Below are positions 1 to 11,366 of a DNA stretch of 64,000 nt, one piece after another. The stretch is taken from NCBI GenBank assembly GCA_030265395.1, contig JARFYF010000071.1:4451138-4515137 (forward strand), written 5' to 3'. Position 1 is the stretch's first letter; each line of letters opens with the position of its first letter. The position numbers and the translations under genes were made by a program. The DNA is from Rhina ancylostomus (lineage: Eukaryota). Below the pieces are notes generated by a model. The model searched no databases. It had not been told where the DNA came from and saw only the letters and a list, made by a program, of their open reading frames with translations.

Positions 1-19
1 ATCCTATAGCGGAAAACTC

Positions 20-480
20 ATTTCCTGATACCCAAGCCTTTTCTGTCTCTACAAGGCATGAGTCAGGAGTGTGATAGATACTTTCCACTTGCCTGGGTGA
101 GTGCTGTTACAACACCACCAAGTAATTTGACGTCATCCAAGTTAAAGCAGCCCATTTAATTAATAGCCCATCCACAACCTTAAGTATTCATTCCATCTCA
201 AGCTTATCAAATATGTAACTTCTACTGCCAAGGACAAGGGCAGCAGGTGCAGAGGAGCACAATTGCCTGTGTCTTCCCCTCCCATCTTGACTTGAAAATA
301 CGTTTGTTGTTCATTCATAATCTCTGTCTAAATCCTGGAACTTCCTACCCAACAACATTGTGGGAGCACCTTCACCAGCAGGACTGCAATTCAGCAGGGC
401 AATTGCTACCACTTTCTCAAGACCTATTAGGGATGGATAATAAACATTGGGCATATCAGTGCCCATATTCCAAAAGATAA
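20..480 (+). mobile_element. Decayed 3' end of a CR1/L2-group LINE (ORF2 tail plus 3'UTR)
   Basis: gtcaggagtgtgatagatactttccacttgcctgg...atccaagttaaagcagcc resembles a VRSVMEYSPLAW...IQDKAA-type LINE ORF2 end. A related copy lies on the opposite strand at about 20520-20830. Family assignment is from recall. Confidence 0.55.
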
Positions 481-770
481 ACTCTAAAAGGTCAGTGAAG
501 CAGCTGTCAACTGTTACTATCTGCTTCCTGCTGCTGAGCTAGCTTTGGCTTCAACCCATCACTTTCCCTTTTAATCCTGAGGGCTATGATTTTTTTTTCA
601 TCGGCTTTTGCGTTTGGTGGGATCTTGTCGAACATTAAAATCTGCATGAACCACATCCACGACCCTTCTTTTGACCCCTTCAAATTATTGTGGGTGCATA
701 AGAAGAGGTACTAGAGTAATTTAATAATGTAGTTATATTTTTGCTTAATGACTTCTTATTTCCCTTTTAG

Positions 771-906
771 TGTGCACTGCAGGAGAAGGAACGTATCAGT
801 ACTTGGCAAGAGCAAAGTGCACAGAGAATCATACATCTAGAAACACAACTGAAAAGACTGGAGCAACAGTTAGCACTGAGTCAGAGGTCGAGACAAGAGA
901 TGAAAG
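771..906 (+). CDS. CENP-F-like coiled-coil protein, internal exon (gene starts upstream of the window)
   Basis: Acceptor tcccttttag|, open frame CALQEKERISTWQEQSAQRIIHLETQLKRLEQQLALSQRSRQEMK, donor G|gtaagg. Phase 1 joins the next exon as GCT. Confidence 0.8.
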
Positions 907-1440
907 GTAAGGTTTGCTCTTATTCAAAGGATTTTTTGTTGTTGTGTTTCCTCCCGTACATGTCCTTCAGTAAAGATAATTGCTTTTAGATGTTAAGCAC
1001 TGTGCTTTCAACTCAAGATGGGCAATAATCTTTCCTTCCAATTGTAAAATAGTTTCATAGTATAGAACTCCAGAGTTATAATATTAGTTGGCCTTTTTAA
1101 TTTTTTTCATCTTTTCACTGATGCAAAGTCTCTTTGGTTTGATAGTTTCATCCTTTCATGTTCAGGCAAGACAGGGTGGATTTTATGAATAGCATTTTGC
1201 TTTTGTGGATTGAATTGTGAGATGTCTTTTGCAATCAACAATGCATGTTCAAGATTTCTATGTCCTCAAAGACTAATTTTAGTGATCATTTGGACCTGAC
1301 CAAATCAGTCACTAAAATGTTTCCACTATGTACTGTGACAGTGGGTGGTAAAATAGCAGTTTTGCTAACCTGGCACTGTGAAATTGAAAAAGTATTTTTT
1401 ATTGTATGCAGCTTCAGGAAAATGTTATTTTGTGTTTTAG

Positions 1441-4400
1441 CTGAAAACCTGGCTCTTGCGTCCCAACTTAAAGATCTACAAGTGAAATTTGATCATCAGA
1501 ACGAGACAAACCCTGAAAGCAGGGATCCTTCAGTTACTTCGTGCAAGTTGAATGAAAATGATGGAGCCGAGGTCAGCAAACCTGACCCGAATGAAGAGCA
1601 CGAGACCTGCCAATCAAATGATGGAGAATCTAGTGATATAGCGACAGCACTGGAATTGCAGGCGGAAGCCGAAGAGAAAATATTGGACTTGATGGAAGAT
1701 AGTCAACTGGGAAGATTGGAGCAGATGGCAAAGTCTGTTAACTTGGACCCAGGTACCGGGGACAACATGGAAGAAAATCACGTTTCAGACGTGGAGGTAA
1801 ACTTGGAAACCGAACAGTGTGGAAAATCAGTAGAACCCCAAATTTTGGAAAAAGCAACAGATACGTTCCCATGTTCTGAAGAGGGAATGGAGATGAGACT
1901 CCCAGTGTTCAAGGAAGAAGTGAAGAAGGAATTGGAAGCCAGTGCAGCAGAACCCACGGTGATGCCTCCTGAACCTGAAGAGAAGGGTGAGGGGGTTGAC
2001 CAGCTTGAGAAACCCATTGCAGCGTGCGCACATCTCGGAGAACTTGAAGTGAAATTGGAGGAAGTGGAAATAACAAATCAGATGTTGCAGTGCGAGTTGG
2101 ATAATGTGAAACGAGAACTTGAAAATAAAATGACTGAAGGCCAGAAGGGTCAGCAGACTGTAGCAGAGCTGAGAAGGAAACTAAAACAAGTTGTGAAAAG
2201 ATGTGCCACAGAAGCAGAACACTCGAGCGCACTGGCCGCTCTTCAGACCGAGCAAATTAGTGCACTGGAAAAGGAGCTGGTGCAAGAGAGGATCCTTGTG
2301 GTAAAGTTGCAAGAGACCAATAAGATGCTGGAAGTCTCCCAACTATCAAGATCCAAAGTTGGTCACGTGGGGTCAAATGATGAAATTCAGATTTTGCAAA
2401 ATGCTGCATCTAAGAAAATACAACAGCTTGAACAACGAATTGTAGATCTTAAAGGTGAAAAGAGTTGCATTGAAGAGATCATGAAGGCAAATGATGGGGC
2501 TGTTAATGAAGAAAACAGAGATTTACTGGAATATTTTAAGCATAAAGATGTTCAAAGCCTTGAGCTCAATCACATATCTTCAGTACTCTCAAGTCATTTG
2601 TGTTGTGACCCAAGAGAAAAGAAGGAACACAAACTCGACGAGGAGAAAATTTGTTTCATGGAAATCATGAAAGGAGATGAGGGAGATGACAATGTGAACA
2701 ATAGTCAAGAACTTTTCCTCAAATGCCTAAAGCTCAAAGTACTCAAACAGTCTGAGTTTCATGACCAGTTGCAAGAACATAAGAAACGTTTGACCGAACT
2801 ACAGCAAAAATGTGATGAATTGACCAGAGAAAAGGAGGAAGAAGGAGAAGCCAAAAGACAGGCCCAAGATATGTTTGATAATCTACAGTCCAGGATTCAC
2901 AGAGAGACACAGCAGTTAACAGTGGCTCTGGAAACCCAAAGCAAGAACATTGAGGGTCTTCTCTTGAGCCTGGAAGAGAAGGACCACACCATCGAGGTCT
3001 TAAGCGGACGTCTACAGAGTGCTTTAAAAACCTTGTCATGCCTTTATCAGGCAAATCATGACTTGAAAGCTAACTTGAAGACTGTAATGGAGACATCCAA
3101 GGAAAATTCTATGAGTCCCTCCAAGGGAGCTGTGCTGGAACAGAGCTGTGGACAGATTCCTCAAGCCAGCCAAAGTGCATGTGAAAATAGCAGCTCATTG
3201 TCAATGGAAAGGTTGGGGTTAGGCAAGCCATCTTCCTCGGTTCAAGCTGCTGATGAAGATGCACAAAAATCAGAACCTGAAACAGTGCAAAGATTAGAGC
3301 CTGGTCACCATAAAAATGTGTTGGATAACTCTCTGCTGCTAATCCAGGACCAGATGACTGAAGTGATCCCATCCTGCTATAATCAATATGAGGAACCAGA
3401 GATGCCCTTGCTGAATAGCCTTGCCTTGCAAAATGTACCAGAAACAAAAAAGGTTGTTGAAAAACAGCAGCAGCAAATCAAAGATGAAGAAGTCATTTAT
3501 TATAAAAATATGTGTACTGATAAGTCGGTTGTACCAAATGAGCAAAAGGCAAGTTCTATTCTACCTACAGAAGTTCCCCAAGGAAAACCAGCGATGACCT
3601 CCACGCTTAATTCTGCGTGGCAAACTGTTGCCCAAGTGAAGCAGGATATTGAGAGCCAGTGGCAACCTAAGGAGCTTGGCTGTGAGGGCCATGATGAGGT
3701 GCAGAATAGGCACCACTTAAGATGTTCTGACAGTTTGCAGGTAAAGGATGGTGAATTGGAAGAGGGGTTGACAGTCATTCATGATGAAGTGGCCCAATCT
3801 GAAACTGAAACACCTATAAAGGAGAGAGTAGTAGAAAATGCTGACACCCAGGCTAATGTTCCTGATTCAGAAGAAAAGTCAGTGGACGAGTTTATTGAAG
3901 AAGTGGAAGGGATGAATCGCAAATTGAAAGAAGACTTGAATGTTTTGAAGGAGGAAAATACAGAAATGGATGGACTGAATCAGGGAGTGGTTCACACTCT
4001 GAATGAGCAACTAAGCTGCCTAAATGAAAAATGCACAGTTCTGGAACAAGAAAAGGAGCAGCTTAGTTTGGAAGTTCAAAGAGTGAAGAAGGCAGCCAGT
4101 GACTTACAATGTGAGAAAGAGAACTTGGTGACTGCCATCCAATCCAGTGAAGCTCAGCTTAAAATGAGTACCGACAAGCAAAAATGTCTTCAGGAGGAGC
4201 TGGAGGCATTGCAGGAATGGAAGCAGAGAGTTTTAGAAGGTGTGGCTACCTTAGAAACTCAGAAAGAAGGTAGCCAGGTGGAACTACATTCCTTGCAGGG
4301 CTCTGTGCGTGATTTGCAAAACCACGTGGAGACACTGGAAGGAGAATGCAGGGCACTGAAAGATGCAGCTGAAAGTGCAAAGCATTCGCAAAGGCAGTTT

Positions 4401-4451
4401 CAGCAGGAATTGGAGCAAGCCCACTCTGAAAAGTCTGTGCTGCAGAATCAG
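1441..4451 (+). CDS. CENP-F-like protein, giant 3011-nt exon (E/Q/K/L-rich coiled coil)
   Basis: Lies within ORF 1245-4550. Acceptor tgtgttttag|ct, donor CAG|gtatct (phase 0). Heptad-like composition; CENPF genes also have a multi-kb internal exon. Confidence 0.88.
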
Positions 4452-4877
4452 GTATCTGTAGTGTTTCATGTCTCCTTATTTCTCCCCTTTCCTAAGGATG
4501 TGTCTATTTGCAAGTATATAACTGCAATCGTAGATACATCCATTATTTAAAAAAAGGATAACTCTAATACCAGATTTCTTAAAGAAAGGCATTTGTGTTT
4601 ATCATAACATTAAGACACACCAAGGAGCTTTACAAACTGATGAAGTCTATTTTGAAGTGTAGTAATTTCGGCAGTGGAGCAGACAATTTGTCAAGCATGT
4701 TCTTTTTGACAGTGTGATAATGGGGATTGCTCAATATGTTGGTTGAGTGATCAACATTGTCCTGCATAATCCGTTTGCCATCCTGGTTGTCTTGAGATCT
4801 GTTTGTGATCACGCACATCTAAAATCAAGCACCATCATTGGTTTACATTCCCCAAGGAGAAAGCTGTGAGTACACTT

Positions 4878-4927
4878 CCAGAGCAGGGTATAAATTGGGA
4901 TGCCAGAGCAGGGTATAAATTGGGATG
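4878..4927. repeat. Perfect 25-bp tandem duplication
   Basis: ccagagcagggtataaattgggatg occurs twice, at 4878-4902 and 4903-4927. Confidence 0.9.
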
Positions 4928-6089
4928 TGAGAGTCTTTGAGCTGATGGCAGGTGGCCCAGGCCTGAGATCTCGCAGGAGAAAAGGAAGTAAATTTTGATA
5001 TTTTTGAATTTTGTATCTACATTCAGATTTTTTAGTTTGCACTGAGGGAGTGCTGCACTGTCACATTACCTTTCCCATATGAGTTAAACCAAATATTTGC
5101 CCTTGCTGAATATAGAAGATCCCATAATCCAAAAGCCTGGGGAAATATTCCCTGTACTCTAACCCATGTTTATCCTTTAACAATCCTTTTGTTTATCCTT
5201 CTGTTTCAACAAGGTTGAAACACATTGCTCCAGAACTTTTCAATGATGTTGGCAAAAGAACACCTCTTGTCACTGACCTTGAAGAAAGCTCCCTACAAAG
5301 ATCTCAGAATTTCTGTGACAAGAACTTCCTCTGTTCCAGTGCCCGCTGTTATCAGGGATCAGTTTAAATCCTTGGTATCCAGCAGGTGTAATGAGCAGTC
5401 TGGCAAATGAAAATTTCTCACAGCAAATCATGAAGGAAAAAGCACAACTATTAATTAACTTTTTAGAGATAATACTGATGGTGTAATAAAGATTGAAACA
5501 TGAAGCTACAGTTGAAGTACAAGGTGAAATGATTTTCAAAATTAAGTTTTCAAATTCCTTATGGATTTTTCTTATGAGGGAATTTTAACATGCAATTACC
5601 TTTTTGGGGGCAGCTACTTTGGCAATCAATAATTACAGCTTTGGATGCCACTTAAGCAGTGCAGTGAAGTTTTGGATGTTCAGGATATTTCCATAAATAG
5701 TTGTGATTTGTGTCAGTTTAAAGTGATTTCAGTTGATTCTGGTGGAACAGGCTGAAAGTAGAAGACTGCATATAGGAGCAGTGAATGTGAAAGTAGCAAC
5801 TTCGGGATTTTTCCTTTAAACAATGCATTTGAGGAAATCACTGTCATTTTAATGGAATATGGCAAATAACAATACTCGTTTTATCATTACCACTGCAAGT
5901 TCTGGTTATTCATAACATTGCCCTTTCTGGAAGTTTATGGTGTGCCTGCATTTCAACAGTTTTGCATTTCTCATTTGGCTGCCTCTCAGCACAACCTCAT
6001 CAATCTCATTCTCTCACATGGCCGCTGTGTCCACCCTGAATCTACCACCCACCTGCATAGAAGTAATTAATAGTTAAATTACAGAATCT

Positions 6090-6560
6090 ATATACATGAA
6101 AGTGGCAGGGCACATTCAGAGAGTGATTCATAAAGTGGATTGCTGAGATCCCAGGCTTCATTAATAAAGGTTTGAAGTACAAGAACAGGACTGTGGTGTT
6201 GAACCTTTTGTAAGATGCTGGTTAGTCTACAGCTGATTATGTCCAATCCTGGTTACTACACTTTAGGAAGAATGTGAAGTCCCCAGAAAGAATAGGTTCA
6301 CTGTGATATTTCTAAGGATGAGGGATTTCCACTCGAGAGTAGACCGAAGAAGCTGGGGTTGTTCTCCTTGGAACAAAGAAGGTGAGAGGAGATTTGACAA
6401 AGGTACATGAGCCTGTGACTGGTTTTGATAAATAGAAACAAGGTCTTCCCATGAGTTGATTGTTCAAGAGCAGGGACTCACGGGTTTAACATTCTGGGCA
6501 AAAGATACAAAGGGGATGTGAAAAAGAATATATGAAGGTTATCTGTAAGAGTGGTGAAAC
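6090..6560 (+). mobile_element. CR1-type LINE ORF2 3' remnant
   Basis: Degenerate CR1 tail: gtccaatcctggttactacactttaggaagaatgtg, gaagctggggttgttctccttggaacaaagaagg...ggagatttga (LGLFSLExRRLRGDL-like). Confidence 0.7.
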
Positions 6561-6561
6561 T

Positions 6562-7475
6562 GGCACCACCCTTTGAGTGAAGTAGTTCCCCCTCAGATTC
6601 CTCTTAAATATTTCACCTTTCACCCTAAACCTCTGACCTCTAGTTGCAGTCTCACTCAACCTGAGGGGAAAAAACCTGCATGCANNNNNNNNNNNNNNNN
6701 NNNNNNNNNNNNNNNNNNNNNNNNNNNNNNNNNNNNNNNNNNNNNNNNNNNNNNNNNNNNNNNNNNNNNNNNNNNNNNNNNNNNGCAACCTTAGGGGAAA
6801 ATGCCTGCATGCATTCACCCTATCTGTACCCCTCATAATTTTGTATACTTCTATAAGATCTGTGCTCCAGGGAATAAAGCCCTAACCTATTCAACCTATT
6901 CCTGTAACTCAGGTCCTTGAGTCAGAGCAACATCCTTGTAAATTTTCTCTGTGCTTTTTCAAGCTTATTGATATTTTTCTTGTAGGTAGGCGACCAGAAC
7001 TGCACACAATAGTTTAAATTTGGCCTCACCAACGTTTTACACAACTTCAACATAACATCCCAACTTCTGTACTTGATGCCCTGATTTATGAAGGTGAATG
7101 TGTTAAAAGTTCTCTCATGACACTATCTACCTGCGATGCCACTTCCAAGGGATTATGGATCTGTGTTCCCAGGTTACTTTGTTCTACTGCACACCTCCGT
7201 GCCCTTCCATTCACTGTGCAAGTCTTACTCTGATTTGTCCTCCCAAAGTGCATCAAATTCTATCTGCCATTTTTCAGCTCATTTTCCCAGCTGATCCAGA
7301 TCACTTTGCAAGCTTTTGGCTTTCCTCACTGTCCACTACGGCCCCCAATCTTGGTGTCGTCCACACATTTACTGATCCAGTTTACCACATTATCATCTAA
7401 ATCATTAATATACTGTAGATGATAAACAACAATGGACCCAGCACCAATCTCTGTGGCACACCACTCCTCACAGGT
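6562..7475 (-). mobile_element. CR1-type LINE ORF2 3' remnant, interrupted by a gap
   Basis: The minus-strand translation contains TRGQRFRVKGEIFKRNLRGNYFTQRVV, a classic CR1 C-terminal motif. Upstream, RT-like remnants (ggtgtgccacag...ggtgctgggtcc) are visible. Confidence 0.85.
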
Positions 7476-7884
7476 AGAATGCTCTTATTTCACAGACTGG
7501 AGCAAGTTACTTCTAATGTAAAAGTGGCAGAGACAAAATTTAGAATTTAATCTTTTATACTCAAAAGCTTGCCAAGTTTGCCATCTCTATCTTTCTATTC
7601 CATTCACCTTTCTTGAGCGCTCTAGTTGAAACTTTTCTCATGTGGTCCCATTGCAGCTGGTAATGGTCTCTGTATCTAGCAAGATATGTGTACATGCAAG
7701 CCACGATCATGTCAACAAGATATTTTGATTGGTTGCTGCTGTATATAAATTGATGGTGTACCTGTTCCAGTTGCATTTTCCAGGTGGTTTGCAATCGGGA
7801 CCTGTAACAACGATGTTATTGTGCTGTATTGTTTCTCTGCTGTTGAGCACTGCTAACTGGGCTAAGTCTAGATAATCAAAAAAA

Positions 7885-8097
7885 AATTGCAGATGATGGA
7901 AATATGAAATAAAAACAGAAAATGTCGGAAGCATTCAGCAGGTCAGGCAGCATCTCTGGTAAGGGAAACAGAATTAACGTGTCAGGTTCAAGACCCTTTG
8001 GACTGTTTAAGGGTCTCAGACTCAATACTAATTCTGTTCCTCTTTCCACAGTTGTTGCCTGGTCTTCTCAATGCTTCCAGTATTTTCATTTTTTATT
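7885..8097. mobile_element. Foldback element made of two inverted copies of a Penelope-type terminal repeat
   Basis: The left arm aataaaaacagaaaatgtcggaagcatt...agacccttt is mirrored by aagggtct...aatgcttccagtattttcattttttatt. The same repeat family occurs at 16385, 18330 and 32760. Confidence 0.65.
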
Positions 8098-8418
8098 TGG
8101 GGCCAAAGCAGCAGTTGCATAGCTGACTCTGTGTTGTATTGGTCTCTCAGTGATGTTCTATTCACCAGCTGAAACACTTAGCCTGCACCCTTCAAGCCAT
8201 GTTTCCTTTCTGGAGATTTATATTTTTAAATTTTTGGAAATGGGTAGCAAGCTAATGAACAGTTTTGTTTTTTAGAAGCAGTTAACCACTAAATCAGAAT
8301 TTCAATAAATACACTTCAAGTTGCTGCTATTGCATTGCAATTAATACTCAAACATGCAAAACAAGGTTATTTACATCCACATAGGTCCATTTATCACTTT
8401 CTGAAATGCTATTGGCAG

Positions 8419-8587
8419 GTGGAGCATCTACAGTATACAGCAGCTGAGCTGAATAAAGAGAAAATTTACCTGCAGGGCAAGTTGAAGCAGCGGGAGAGTT
8501 CACCTGCGAACAAGGACGTGCCCACGGATTGTCTACAGCAGCGAGACCTTCATGATGATCTCCTTCCAACAAATAACCATCAGCAAG
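8419..8587 (+). CDS. CENP-F-like protein, internal exon
   Basis: ttggcag|GTG GAG CAT... encodes VEHLQYTAAELNKEKIYLQGKLKQRE...; donor CAAG|gtatca. Phase 0 in and phase 1 out, matching both neighbouring exons. Confidence 0.72.
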
Positions 8588-9594
8588 GTATCATTTGAAT
8601 TAGCTATGGAAAATATTATTAATCCATTGACATTGAGGTAGACAAGTTGTATTGAAAGGCTTTCAGTGAAACTGTGTTAGGAGATTAATGCTAGGATTTC
8701 AGAAATAGGTGTTTTTTGTTAAATGGGGTTCTTTGATATATTAATGTGTAAAGGCACTAATCTGCACAGCTAGGCTGACATTCTGTTCCGTCTTAGCCTA
8801 GTTAGCTGGTTTAGCTAATGCAGTAATTATGACACAATTTCCTTGTTGTTTCCTAGCAACAGAGCAAAAAAAGAATCAGACAAGGTGCTTGTTCCCGACT
8901 ATAATCTTTGAGTGAAAAATACGGGTGTTGTCCTTGGCTTGCTACCTGCCTGTCCAAAAAAAAGCCTCAAAAGACTTGCTTACTGGGCTGCCACTTGAAG
9001 AATGGTCCCTCAACAAGCCCAGAGTTCCTTGGCAGAAAGCTAGGCTCTCCTTTTGACTGGAGAATCCTCTATAGTATTGTATATAGGTTTTCATTCTGTT
9101 GGAATGTAGGTAGCGGAAGAGTCCTCGTCTCCTGTTTCACAGCCAAACCAATTTCTGTTTGCTGTGGACAGCTAATCAATCACAATAAGATTTATTTCAT
9201 CTGAAGATTCTGTAAATTGTACTGATTTTAATTTTTGTAACTGTTTTTGAAGCAGGAAGTGTTTGTTGATTTGTGACCTGGTTTAAATTATTGAGGCTGA
9301 GGTATTTGTACCTCTTGATAACTGAATGCATTCTGGAGATCGAATGTCACAATTTACATTGTTTGGTAGCATTTTCTAAATTGTCAATCCAAACTTGGAT
9401 TGTCCGTGCAGTAATTTAATCTAACTCTAACTTGGGAAATTCTCACATGGACCTTGTCTTTCCTATCTCTGCTGGAAATTAGAAAACAAGTGACCAATAT
9501 AGAACTTTCATTAAACTCATTCCTGTGAGAATTTAGCACCAAGGGATTATATGATTTGACAGAGGAAAAACATATTAACGTGTATTTCTTTAAG

Positions 9595-10107
9595 CTGCTG
9601 CACAGATCACAGCAAGGAAGATGCGCGCTGACCTGGAGGCTTTGAAACAAGCTGTGCAGGAGAAAAGTAAAGAAGTTGATCGGAATCTTCTTGACTATAC
9701 AGATTTACTGAATCAACGCCAAGAACTAGAGATGACCAACAATGCGTGGTCCACAACTATCCAGCTGCCTAATGATCAGGCCGAACCTGAGAACCAAGAG
9801 ATGGATGCAGACTGTGAGCCAGAGTCCTTGACTGATGATGGGGTGGCAGTCACTGGACAGCAGATGGTTGATCATTTAGTTGAGAAAGTTGAACAGGACC
9901 AGACTGAAACCAGCCAGAGATCAAATTATAACAGTCAACTTCCAGATGCTTCAGCAAGGTTGAACCCTGCAGAACTTGCAATAAAAATCAACCCAGCAGA
10001 ACTCGCTGCGAGAATACGGAGAAGCCGCCAATTCCGGCATCATTTATCTGTGGCATTTGATGAAACTGAATACGAGCCATATGGACTACCTGATGTAGTG
10101 CAGAAAG
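9595..10107 (+). CDS. CENP-F-like protein, penultimate exon
   Basis: Acceptor tatttctttaag|ct is in frame with ORF 9621-10127. The exon ends ETEYEPYGLPDVVQK G|gtgagt, the first half of the CENP-F C-terminal (Rb-binding) motif. Confidence 0.88.
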
Positions 10108-11259
10108 GTGAGTGGTCATACATTTAACTCATTCTGAAATCCAGTGACCCAAGGCAAACAGAGTCTGGTCTTGGAAACTGGTATCTCACTTTGTGCTCTG
10201 TGTGCATTGCCAGGAACCAGAGCGCTAATGATCAGTGCTAAAAGGGGTCATTATAGCATGTTATAGGTGTGTTACTGTCAGCAGTGGTACACTGGGAACC
10301 TGTTGCAAATCCCTGCCCTCTCAATGGTGTAGTGCTGGAAGCTGGTGCGAATCTGGCAACAAATCGACCCATAGCTCAGTGTAGAGGTTCTCCCTGCCAG
10401 GGCCACTCTTGAGTGGGCCAGAGGGAATAGTATTGGCTGGTTGGTGCTCAGATGTGGGACACAGGGCTGCCCCCTGGCTGGTACAGTGAGTGTGGGTCAT
10501 TGCTGGGGTTAGCAGCTCATATGCTATATGACACAGGTTTGTATCAGCACTGCCTGTTTTACATAGGGAAGCTGCTGCTCTCCCACTCTCTCTCTGTTTG
10601 GCTACAAAGTCCTCCCAAGCCGTTTATTGGAAACAACTCGTTTCCACTGAGAGGAAGATAGCAGCTTCCACCAGAAGGTGATGAGCAAGACCACAGGAGC
10701 TAGGCGGTCTGTCAACATGTGGAGCAGGTGCTGCCAGTCCCCAAGAATAGTCTGTACTCATTGTTCACTAAAACACACCCAGGGTGGGACAGGTCAGAAG
10801 AAGAGTGAGGTTCCTTCACACTTTCCCATCAAACACTGCAGCAACCTTATATAACTTGTGGGCAACTCCTACCACTCTCTGAAACAAAGAATAATTGAGA
10901 AAAGAAAATCATCCTGCATATTGACATCTGTCAGGGAATATTGCGTTGATTTATGAAATTACGTTAAATATCCCCTGTAAAACTCAAGTAGCAAAGGAAG
11001 TTGGGCACTTAATGCATAGTTGATTAGTTATCACCTGGGTGCCATTCTTCAATTTGCATAATCTCTAGTTTAAAATCTTACACAAGTCTGCTTTTGCTCT
11101 TAAAATTTCTGGGTTTTGTTTAATCTAGTTTGACTAATTGTGGTGACAAATGGAAACTTGACCTTGAACTTTTTTTTAAAAAAATTAAGGCTGTAATGGT
11201 TTTTATGCTCTACCTGTGGATAATCCATACAATTCTGATATCGTCTTCTCTGTTCTCAG

Positions 11260-11366
11260 GCTTTGCAGACATTCCCTCTGGGTCTTTCTGCCCACACGTC
11301 CTACGGAGAGGAATTCTAAATTCCGCATTTTGTCCTCAGCAACAGGAGGAAGGGCTCCCTGACTAA
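11260..11366 (+). CDS. CENP-F-like protein, last coding exon
   Basis: tgttctcag|GC completes KGFADIPSGSFCPHVLRRG (compare human CENPF EPEGLPEVVKKGFADIPTGKTSPYILRR). Stop TAA at 11364-11366. Confidence 0.9.

Noticed and set aside
1245-1440. N-terminal 65 codons of the 1101-aa ORF (and its last 32 codons after 4451)
   Set aside because: This is intronic read-through: clear splice sites at 1440/1441 and 4451/4452, and the composition changes there.
5214-5370. Possible extra CENPF-like exon after a pyrimidine tract
   Set aside because: The required phase-0 frame hits TGA after 10 codons. The longer open frame is phase-incompatible and not coiled-coil-like.
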